Shown: positions 9,262-16,849, numbered from the stretch's first letter. The stretch: 64,000 nt of DNA from Flaviramulus sp. (GCA_013001275.1 JABDMV010000058.1:4649-68648), one strand, 5' to 3'. Numbers and translations: made by a program. The notes: generated by a model from the sequence alone, not told the origin.

Positions 9262-9612
9262 TTAAAAGAATTTGCTATAATCCATAATATCATTTGAATA
9301 ATGCTATTTGCTTAACACGTTTATAATAGAATTCGGCCTTGGTAATAATGTTTCTTATCTGTTAGGATTTATATTCTTTTGGCTGACTTTATTTAATATG
9401 AAGAGGTAAATAAACACAAAAATATTCTAAAAAACTTTTGTCAAAAAATGTGGTGAAACAAACAAATAGTGTATTTTATCGTTAAAAATTTGCATTTCAT
9501 CGAATAAATGTTATATTTGTCTTGTTGAACCCCAAAAACACTAACATGAAAAAGTAACCTATTTATTGATTTTAACCTACGTTTATTCTTTTATGGTCGC
9601 TGATATTTTCAC
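9262..9612 (-). pseudogene. Decayed paralogue of the 149-aa ORF at 10219-10668
   Basis: Clear nucleotide homology by eye to 10219-10668, e.g. 'tataatccataa', 'ttatc(t/c)gt..ggattt', 'tttggct...agaggtaa...ctaaaaaa'. The reverse translation ends '...NSIINVLSK*HYSNDIMDYSKFF*', compared with the intact '...SDVIKLLCEMDCISNVMDYTKLF'. There is an in-frame TAG (9304-9306), the start-codon position reads cac instead of cat (9610-9612), and about 100 nt net have been deleted. Confidence 0.7.
9489..9519 (+). promoter_or_regulatory. Consensus-like Bacteroidota promoter (TTTG-N19-TATATTTG) inside the pseudogene, pointing toward the 9801 ORF
   Basis: TTTG at 9489-9492 and TATATTTG at 9512-9519 with a 19-nt spacer. 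This would give a leader of about 275 nt before the ATG at 9801. Confidence 0.4.
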
Positions 9613-9800
9613 CTTAAAAAATAGTCAAAATAAAAAGCCCATTATTTTTATGTACAGAATTTACAACTCATTAATTACTATAAAAACTTTTTGTTTTTAG
9701 TTATTATAATAATTAATGATTTTAATAAGTAAGATACTTTTTTTGTAAAATTTAAACCAGCAAAATTGTTGGTAGATTATGTTTAATTAAATTTTATATT

Positions 9801-10178
9801 ATGAGTAAAGCACTTACAGAACAAGAATTACACAATTTAGCAATGAATCATGTTGGTAAAGATTTAGAAGACCAAGGCTTTGAATTCATTACTATAAATA
9901 ATAAATTACAAAAACATCCTCAATTTATTTGTGTAGACAAGGACAATCAATATTATTATGTAATTGTACAAGCGGTAAAATTACCATTTAACCCTTATAA
10001 ATATAATGTGGTTTGGATGGAGTCTTTTAAACATCAAGCTTATAAAAAGAATGCTAAGGTACTTTACGCTGGTATTGGTTTAGGCAATGCAGAGGATGAA
10101 AATCTTCCATTATACATAGATCAAGATTACTTGTTTGAATATACTGGTATACAACCGGTTCAAACAATACTTAATTAA
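9801..10178 (+). CDS. Hypothetical 125-aa protein, copy 1 of a duplicated family
   Basis: ORF with ATG start. 82/125 residues are identical to the ORF at 10855-11232 in a gap-free hand alignment. No signal peptide, TM helix or named motif. Confidence 0.65.
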   Translation: MSKALTEQELHNLAMNHVGKDLEDQGFEFITINNKLQKHPQFICVDKDNQYYYVIVQAVKLPFNPYKYNVVWMESFKHQAYKKNAKVLYAGIGLGNAEDENLPLYIDQDYLFEYTGIQPVQTILN

Positions 10179-10218
10179 ATAAAAGGTTGTAATGTGATTC
10201 ATTTTTTTATGCTAATGT

Positions 10219-10668
10219 TTACATTATTTCGTAAGTAGGCTTGTCATTTTTAAGCTGAAACAATTTTGTATAATCCATAACGTTGGAAATACAATCCATT
10301 TCGCATAAAAGCTTAATAACGTCACTTAATCCTTTAAATAAAACATTTTTATCCGTGGGATTTTTTGGCTTCTCATTTTTATAATGCAGAGGTAATTGAT
10401 AGCCACAAGCCTCTAAAAAAGTAGCTTCAATTTTAAGTAATTCTATTGGTGAATAGCCATTAAAATTCCGACCAATTCTTTGGTGAACATTTCCAACATA
10501 ATTAAGTTTTAAAGAACCATGATGGTCTGATAGATGTTTCCAACTATCGGTATTGTCTAAAATACTCCCCACAGCACAGTGTTTGTAGCAATCTGGAATT
10601 AATTTATTAGAATTAAATGCAGTATAAAGTTTACTAATAGCCTTGTCAAATCGTTTGCTAGTTTTCAT
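10219..10668 (-). CDS. Hypothetical 149-aa Cys/His-containing protein (two CxxxC pairs)
   Basis: ORF with ATG start, divergent from the 10855 ORF. Contains C27-x3-C31 ('PDCYKHCAVG'), C122-x3-C126 ('LLCEMDCIS') and 6 His. A decayed paralogue upstream shows the family has been duplicated here. Confidence 0.65.
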   Translation of the reverse strand: MKTSKRFDKAISKLYTAFNSNKLIPDCYKHCAVGSILDNTDSWKHLSDHHGSLKLNYVGNVHQRIGRNFNGYSPIELLKIEATFLEACGYQLPLHYKNEKPKNPTDKNVLFKGLSDVIKLLCEMDCISNVMDYTKLFQLKNDKPTYEIM

Positions 10669-10842
10669 GCCTAAATATTTTAAATATAAGATACAAAAAA
10701 ATAAAATATCGTATTAGTTAAACATGAGGACTATATTAAATGGCGACAAGATTAATTGATGAATAAGCATACTTAAAATTAAATAAATTCAATAATTTTT
10801 ATTATTAATTATAGCAATATTTTAGTTTAACAGATATATGAT

Positions 10843-10850
10843 TAATTTTG
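10843..10850 (+). promoter_or_regulatory. Possible -7 box (TAATTTTG) immediately upstream of the 10855 ORF
   Basis: Matches TAnnTTTG, but its G lies only 4 nt before the ATG. It would therefore imply a leaderless or near-leaderless mRNA, or it is coincidental in AT-rich DNA. Confidence 0.25.
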
Positions 10851-10854
10851 TAGT

Positions 10855-11232
10855 ATGAGTAAACCACTAACAGAGCAAGAATTACATAATTTAGCAATGA
10901 ATCATGTTGGCAAAGATTTAGAGCAACGTGGTTTTGAGTTTATTGCTGTGAATAGCAAGCTAAAAAAACATCCTCAGTTTGTTTGTATCGATAAGAATAA
11001 ACAATACTTTTTTGTTATTGTTAGAGCAGTAATTTTACCTGAAAATCCTAATAATTATGATTTGGTTTGGATGGAAACTTTCAAGAAACATGCTAGAGAG
11101 AATGATGCCAAAGTACTGTATGCTGGGGTTGGTATGGGTAATATAAAAGATGAAAAGGCGCCTATTTATTTAAATGAAGAGTATTTATTTGAGTATAACG
11201 GCATTCAAGTACTAGAAACAAATTTAAATTAA
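10855..11232 (+). CDS. Hypothetical 125-aa protein, copy 2 of a duplicated family; probably co-transcribed with apbE
   Basis: Paralogue of 9801-10178. Its stop lies 15 nt before the apbE ATG, with no hairpin between them. Confidence 0.7.
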   Translation: MSKPLTEQELHNLAMNHVGKDLEQRGFEFIAVNSKLKKHPQFVCIDKNKQYFFVIVRAVILPENPNNYDLVWMETFKKHARENDAKVLYAGVGMGNIKDEKAPIYLNEEYLFEYNGIQVLETNLN

Positions 11233-11247
11233 TCCTAAGCCATATTT

Positions 11248-12228
11248 ATGAAAAGGATATTGTTAGTGTTTTTAATTACTATTGGGTTTTCTTGTAAAAA
11301 ATCGGAAGTAAAAAACACAAAGCTTTCGGGATCTGTTTTTGGAACTAGTTATTCAATTATTTACGATTCCAAAATAAATTATGAAACACAGTTTGATAGT
11401 TTGTTTTATGTAATAAATAAATCACTTTCAACATATCAAGTCAATTCAGATATTTCAAAATTAAATAGAAATGAATCCAATGTTATCGATGAACATTTTA
11501 TAAAAGTTTATGATGCCTCAAAAGAAGTGTTCGAACAAACAGAAGGCGCTTTTGATCCTACAATTGGAAATGTTGTAAACGCCTGGAAGTTTGGAGCAGA
11601 AAACACGATTGAAATTACCGATAGTTTAATAATTGATAGTTTGATGCAATATGTTGGTTTCAATAAAACATATAGATTTGAAAATTCTATTAGAAAGAAC
11701 AACCCGAATGTTTATTTAGAATTTAACGCTATTGCCAAAGGTTACGGCGTTGATGTGATTGGAGAGTTTTTAGAGTCGAATAAAGTAAAGAATTATCTGG
11801 TTGAAATAGGTGGAGAAATAAGGGTTAAGGGTTTAAATACTGAAAAACAATCTCCTTGGAAAGTAGGGGTTGAAATGCCACATTTTGATGGCACCCAATC
11901 TATTTTAAAAGCTATTAGTTTACAGGATGAAGCTATGGCAACTTCTGGAACTTATAGAAAATATAAAATTGATGATGATGGAAACAGGTATACTCATATT
12001 ATTAATACAAAAACCGGTTACCCTAGTAAAACTAATTTACTTAGCATTTCTGTAATAGCTGAAAATTGTATGACCGCTGATGCTTATGCTACCGCATTTA
12101 AAACCATGGGAATTGAAAAAGTAATAGAGTTTTTAAAACTTCATCCTAAATTAAAAGTGTTTTTGATTTTTGAAAATGATAAAGGAGAATTTGAAACGAT
12201 GCCACTAAATGATTTTCCAGATAGTTAA
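11248..12228 (+). CDS. apbE: FAD:protein FMN transferase ApbE (lipoprotein)
   Basis: 326 aa. Lipobox 'ITIGFSC', plus 'AFDPTIGNVVNAW', 'EIGGEI', 'ATSGTYRKY', 'HIINTKTGYP' and 'ADAYATAF', all typical of ApbE. Confidence 0.9.
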   Translation: MKRILLVFLITIGFSCKKSEVKNTKLSGSVFGTSYSIIYDSKINYETQFDSLFYVINKSLSTYQVNSDISKLNRNESNVIDEHFIKVYDASKEVFEQTEGAFDPTIGNVVNAWKFGAENTIEITDSLIIDSLMQYVGFNKTYRFENSIRKNNPNVYLEFNAIAKGYGVDVIGEFLESNKVKNYLVEIGGEIRVKGLNTEKQSPWKVGVEMPHFDGTQSILKAISLQDEAMATSGTYRKYKIDDDGNRYTHIINTKTGYPSKTNLLSISVIAENCMTADAYATAFKTMGIEKVIEFLKLHPKLKVFLIFENDKGEFETMPLNDFPDS

Positions 12229-12992
12229 CTTTTATAAACTACAGGAATAATTTCACCTTTGGCTAGACAATATTTCTGGATATCTTCGTCAGAAAACTTT
12301 GAAGTATAATCAACAGCATCTACTTTAAAACCGATGTTACAAAGTTTATCAAAATAATCACGACCATAAACACGAACATGGTCATATTGCCCAAAAATTT
12401 TAGCACGTTCTTTTTTGTCTGTGATGCTATTATCTTCAAAAGTAATATCAAGGCTTAGATCTTGAGGAATTTGAAAAACACCAAATCCACTTGGTTTTAA
12501 TATGCGATATAACTCTTGCATTGCTTTGGTATCGTCTGGTATGTGCTCCAAAACATGATTGCATAAAATAACATCAAATTCATTCTCCTTAAACGGCAGG
12601 TTACAAATATCAGCCTTTACATCAGCTAATGGTGAATTTAAATCGGTAGTAAGATAATCCAAATTGCTCATGTTTCTAAACCGTTTATAAAATGCTTGTT
12701 CAGGAGCAAAATGTAAAACTTTTAAGTTAGTTGTAAAGAAGTTAGTTTCATTCTTGAGATATAACCAAAGTAGACGATGTCGTTCTAAGCTTAATGTAGA
12801 GGGTGATAATACATTGTTGCGCTGGATGCCATAACCATATGGTAAAAATGTTTTAAAACTTTTACCATCAATGGGGTCTGTAAATATTTTTCCTTTTAAG
12901 AAAAATACCAAAACAGGGCGCGCAATGTAACTTAACCTTATTAATAAAGGTCTTGGGATTGTATTGAGTATAAATTTGAAAAGTTTTTTCAA
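12225..12992 (-). CDS. Class I SAM-dependent methyltransferase
   Basis: 'VLHFAPE', 'FDVILCNHVLEHIPDD', 'LKPSGFGVF' (Methyltransf_11-like). Confidence 0.75.
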   Translation of the reverse strand: MKKLFKFILNTIPRPLLIRLSYIARPVLVFFLKGKIFTDPIDGKSFKTFLPYGYGIQRNNVLSPSTLSLERHRLLWLYLKNETNFFTTNLKVLHFAPEQAFYKRFRNMSNLDYLTTDLNSPLADVKADICNLPFKENEFDVILCNHVLEHIPDDTKAMQELYRILKPSGFGVFQIPQDLSLDITFEDNSITDKKERAKIFGQYDHVRVYGRDYFDKLCNIGFKVDAVDYTSKFSDEDIQKYCLAKGEIIPVVYKS

Positions 12993-12998
12993 AAGCGA

Positions 12999-13316
12999 TT
13001 ATTTATAATCTTCTCTTACAGGATAAAACGTATCTGTAACAATACAATCGGTTAATGCAAAAGCATTATGAAGTGCATTGGATGGTATTATTGTTATTGA
13101 ACCTGGTTCTAATAATTGCTTAACGCCATCAATAGTCATTTCTAATTTACCGGAAATTATTTGAGTTGTTTGTTCATGGGTATGCGAATGGGAGGGTAAT
13201 ACTGCTCCTTTTTCAATAGTAACAAAGCCAATAGTCATGTTTTTTGAATGCACATATTTACCTGTAATACCTTTAGCTAATTCTATAGGAGTGATATTGT
13301 CAATATTATAATTCAT
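12999..13316 (-). CDS. Cupin domain protein
   Basis: 105 aa. 'LPSHSHTHEQ' and 'PSNALHNA' His-rich cupin motifs. Confidence 0.75.
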   Translation of the reverse strand: MNYNIDNITPIELAKGITGKYVHSKNMTIGFVTIEKGAVLPSHSHTHEQTTQIISGKLEMTIDGVKQLLEPGSITIIPSNALHNAFALTDCIVTDTFYPVREDYK

Positions 13317-13317
13317 A

Positions 13318-14136
13318 CTATAAAACTAAGGCTTCTTTTCTAAATTCTGCTTCCTCATCACTTTTAATACCTAAAGCATCATATATATACGCAAACGTTG
13401 AAAGCAGCTCTGGTTTGCCATCGATTAAGGCAACATCATGCTCAAAATGTGCACTAGGTTTGTTATCTAAAGTTGTAATAGTCCAACCATCTCTATGTTG
13501 TTTTATGCGATGTGTTCCCATATTAATCATAGGTTCAATAGCAACTACCATACCTTCAACAAATTTTTTACCTCTACCGCGTTTTCCATAATTTGGCATT
13601 TCAGGATCTTCGTGCATTTTTTTTCCTAAACCATGCCCAACCAATTCTCTAACAACACCGTAACCATGATCTTCACAATATTTTTGAATAGCAAAGCCAA
13701 CATCACCAACCCTATTATTTGCTTTAAATTCTCGTATACCGACGTATAAAGATTCTTTAGTAACTTGAAGTAGTTTTTCAGTTTCTTTATCAATTTTTCC
13801 AACAGGAAACGTGTATGCATGATCTCCATAAAAACCGTTTTTTAACGCGCCACAGTCAATAGAAATAATATCACCTTCTACTAAAGGCTCACCATTAGGA
13901 ATACCGTGAACTACTTGTGAGTTAGGACTCATGCAAAGGGTGTTAGGAAAATCGTAAAGCCCTAAAAAACCTGGAATTGCCCCATGGTCTCTAATATGTT
14001 CTTCTGCAATTTTATCTAAATATAAAGTGGTTACACCCGGTTTAATGGCCTTAGCAACTTCTCCTAAAGTTTTGGACACAATTAGTGCGCTTTCACGCAT
14101 CAATTCAATTTCTTCTTTTGTTTTTACTACAATCAT
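13318..14136 (-). CDS. map: Type I methionine aminopeptidase
   Basis: 272 aa. 'VVHGIPN', 'GDIISIDCG', 'GDHAYTF', 'VGHGLG', 'VAIEPM', 'AHFEHD'. Confidence 0.93.
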   Translation of the reverse strand: MIVVKTKEEIELMRESALIVSKTLGEVAKAIKPGVTTLYLDKIAEEHIRDHGAIPGFLGLYDFPNTLCMSPNSQVVHGIPNGEPLVEGDIISIDCGALKNGFYGDHAYTFPVGKIDKETEKLLQVTKESLYVGIREFKANNRVGDVGFAIQKYCEDHGYGVVRELVGHGLGKKMHEDPEMPNYGKRGRGKKFVEGMVVAIEPMINMGTHRIKQHRDGWTITTLDNKPSAHFEHDVALIDGKPELLSTFAYIYDALGIKSDEEAEFRKEALVL

Positions 14137-14220
14137 GCTTAAAAAATAATGGCAAAGATAATTAAAATGAAAGAATCACCTTTTATATAAATAATGGTTA
14201 AGAAAAGATGGTAAAGTAAA

Positions 14221-14625
14221 TTATTTAAAGAAACTAAAGAAACCTTTTTTCTTTATGGGAATTGGAGGTGTTTCGTTTGTTAATAGTTGGTAAACTTCAC
14301 CCCATCCAGGAAATCCACCTATATTTCTGTCGTCGATAAATAAATCAGCATGAATTTTTCTGCTCACTTCATTATTAAATTCTTCTTCCGCGAAACTTTT
14401 ATTAACTGCATAAAAATGAATTCCATTTTCTTCACAGAATTTAACAGCTTCATCAAGCCTTTTACCATATCTGTAAGTCCATAAAATAAGGCGATGACCA
14501 TCTTCTTGCAATTTCTTTAAAGTTTCGAACGCAAAAAGCATAGGTTTACCAATGCTTGGGTAGGCATCTTCCACAATGGTGCCATCAAAATCGACAGCGA
14601 TAATTAAATGTTGGTCAAAATTCAT
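14221..14625 (-). CDS. Small HAD-superfamily phosphatase-like protein
   Basis: 134 aa. HAD motif I 'AVDFDGTI' and a late 'IDDR' acidic motif. Specificity unknown. Confidence 0.55.
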   Translation of the reverse strand: MNFDQHLIIAVDFDGTIVEDAYPSIGKPMLFAFETLKKLQEDGHRLILWTYRYGKRLDEAVKFCEENGIHFYAVNKSFAEEEFNNEVSRKIHADLFIDDRNIGGFPGWGEVYQLLTNETPPIPIKKKGFFSFFK

Positions 14626-14674
14626 TAAGTGAGACTTGAGTTTTTCAAAAGTACAACAAAAAATATTTTAATAA

Positions 14675-16192
14675 TTAAACAAGAGGGTGTTGTGTCATAG
14701 CTTCTGGCTGTTTAACACCCATAATTTTTAAAATAGTAGGCGCCATATCACCTAATATACCATCTTTTATATGTGTTAATTCGTTATCAATTAATATCAC
14801 GGGCACCGGGTTTGTTGTATGTGCGGTATTGGGTGAACCGTCAGGATTTATCATAGTCTCGCAGTTTCCATGATCTGCAATTAGTAAAGTGGTGTAACCA
14901 TTTTCTAAAGCGGTAGTAACAACATCTTCTACACATTCATCAACAGCTTCACACGCTTTAATTGCGGCATCCATTACGCCAGTGTGCCCTACCATATCGC
15001 CATTTGCAAAATTTAAACAAACGAAATCTACATCTCCTTTTTTTAATTCTGGAATTAAAGCATCGCGCAATTCAAAAGCACTCATTTCGGGTTTTAAATC
15101 GTAGGTTGCTACTTTTGGCGAGTTTCTTAAAATACGTGTTTCGCCTTCAAATTCTTTTTCTTGTCCTCCAGAAAAGAAAAATGTTACATGTGGATATTTT
15201 TCTGTTTCGGCAATTCTAATTTGTTTCTTACCATTTTTAGAAAGTACTTCTCCTAAAGTTTCAGTTAGATTGTCTTTATTAAAAATAACATTTACATTAT
15301 TATATGTATCGTCGTAGTTTGTTAAGGTAACATAATGTAAATTCAATTTATGCATGTTTTGTTCATGAAAATCAGCTTGTGTTAGAGCCTCTGTTAATTC
15401 GCGACCACGATCTGTTCTAAAATTGAAAAATATTACCACATCACCATCTTTTATTTTAGTAAGTGGCTCACCAGACTCATCCACCATAATAATTGGTTTT
15501 ATAAACTCGTCGGTAATATCATCATTATAACTTTTTTGAATTGTTTCTGTGACATTTTTTGATTTTTCTCCGAGGCCATTTACCATCCCGTCGTACGCTA
15601 ACTTAACACGTTCCCAACGCTTATCTCTATCCATGGCATAATACCTTCCCGTAACAGTGGCTATTTTACTTGGTGTATTCTCTATATGTGTTTCTAATTC
15701 TGTTAGAAATCCAAATCCAGATTTCGGGTCTACATCTCTTCCGTCAGTAAATGCGTGAACAAAGGTATTTTTTAAACCAAAATCGTTAGCAGCATCCAAT
15801 AGTCCAAACAAATGATTTATATGTGAATGAACGCCACCATCACTCAATAATCCTAAAAAATGAACATTTTTATTATTGGTTTTCGCATAATTAAAAGCAT
15901 CTACTAAAACTTTTTCTGTGTTCAAGGTTTTGTTTTTAACAGCTAAATTTACTTTTACCAAATCTTGATAAACGATTCTTCCAGCTCCTAAATTCATGTG
16001 TCCAACTTCACTGTTTCCCATTTGGCCTTCTGGTAAACCTACATGTAAACCATCGGTGCGAAGAGTAGCAAAAGGATATTTTTTATAAAGAGAATCGATA
16101 AAAGGTGTATTTGCATGATCGATTGCAGAGACCTTCGGATCTGGAGAATTTCCCCATCCATCAAGTATCATTAGGATAACTTTTTTGTTCAT
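14675..16192 (-). CDS. gpmI: 2,3-bisphosphoglycerate-independent phosphoglycerate mutase
   Basis: 505 aa. 'ILDGWG', 'MGNSEVGHMNLGAGR', 'LSDGGVHSH', 'ADHGN'. Confidence 0.95.
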   Translation of the reverse strand: MNKKVILMILDGWGNSPDPKVSAIDHANTPFIDSLYKKYPFATLRTDGLHVGLPEGQMGNSEVGHMNLGAGRIVYQDLVKVNLAVKNKTLNTEKVLVDAFNYAKTNNKNVHFLGLLSDGGVHSHINHLFGLLDAANDFGLKNTFVHAFTDGRDVDPKSGFGFLTELETHIENTPSKIATVTGRYYAMDRDKRWERVKLAYDGMVNGLGEKSKNVTETIQKSYNDDITDEFIKPIIMVDESGEPLTKIKDGDVVIFFNFRTDRGRELTEALTQADFHEQNMHKLNLHYVTLTNYDDTYNNVNVIFNKDNLTETLGEVLSKNGKKQIRIAETEKYPHVTFFFSGGQEKEFEGETRILRNSPKVATYDLKPEMSAFELRDALIPELKKGDVDFVCLNFANGDMVGHTGVMDAAIKACEAVDECVEDVVTTALENGYTTLLIADHGNCETMINPDGSPNTAHTTNPVPVILIDNELTHIKDGILGDMAPTILKIMGVKQPEAMTQHPLV

Positions 16193-16441
16193 TTTTTGTT
16201 AAAATTTTAATACAAAAACAAAGATAGCTAAGTTTAATAAAACTTGGTATAGAATATATTAAAAGCTCTAGTATTTAGGGCTTTTCGCACTTTTATATTA
16301 ACCGTTTTATTTAGTTAATGTTTTGTGAATTAAAGGTTAAATATCTGTTATAAAACATTTTGACCGTAACAAAATGATTTTTTTGTCGTCTATTTAGTAT
16401 ATCAAAAAACGAATTATTTAATCAAATTAAAATCTTTCATC

Positions 16442-16849
16442 ATGAAAAAAACAATCATTATTTCCGCAATCGCATTATGTTTCACAATGGCAAACGTAAA
16501 TGCAAAAACAAATTCAAACGACATTAACTCAAGCAATGTTGAGTATTTTTTTAAAGTAAATTCATTTTGTGTATCAATTGCTAAAGGTGATTTAGAAACA
16601 GTACAAAAACTTATAGCGAGAGGTGCAGACGTAAATGAAAAATCTAACGGAATGACACCGATTATGTATGCTGCAAAGTTTAATAGAACTGAAATTTTAA
16701 GGCTTTTAATTACTCATGGTGCAGACCTAAAAGCAAAATCTGATAAAAGAATGACCGCTTTAAAATATGCCGAATTACACGGTGCAGAAGCCGCCGCCGC
16801 AATAATTAAAGAAGCGTTGATGAAAAAGAAAAATAATTATAGTATTTAA
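16442..16849 (+). CDS. Secreted ankyrin-repeat protein
   Basis: Sec signal 'MKKTIIISAIALCFTMANVNA'. Two to three ankyrin repeats ('G.TPIMYAAKFNRTEILRLLITHGADL'). Confidence 0.75.
   Translation: MKKTIIISAIALCFTMANVNAKTNSNDINSSNVEYFFKVNSFCVSIAKGDLETVQKLIARGADVNEKSNGMTPIMYAAKFNRTEILRLLITHGADLKAKSDKRMTALKYAELHGAEAAAAIIKEALMKKKNNYSI

Larger units (their letters stand above)
9262..11235. repeat. Tandem segmental duplication (period about 1054 bp) of a divergent two-gene unit
   Basis: Starts of the two 125-aa ORFs are 1054 bp apart (9801 and 10855). Their first 60 nt or so and their upstream leaders are alignable. Each is preceded by a minus-strand copy of the 149-aa gene (one intact, one decayed). 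Confidence 0.75.

Noticed and set aside
9593-9700. A 35-aa ORF (MVADIFTLKNSQNKKPIIFMYRIYNSLITIKTFCF) in the nqrF-apbE spacer.
   Set aside because: It lies at the edge of the decayed region (its first 20 nt overlap the pseudogene) in low-complexity AT-rich sequence, and nothing supports it as coding.
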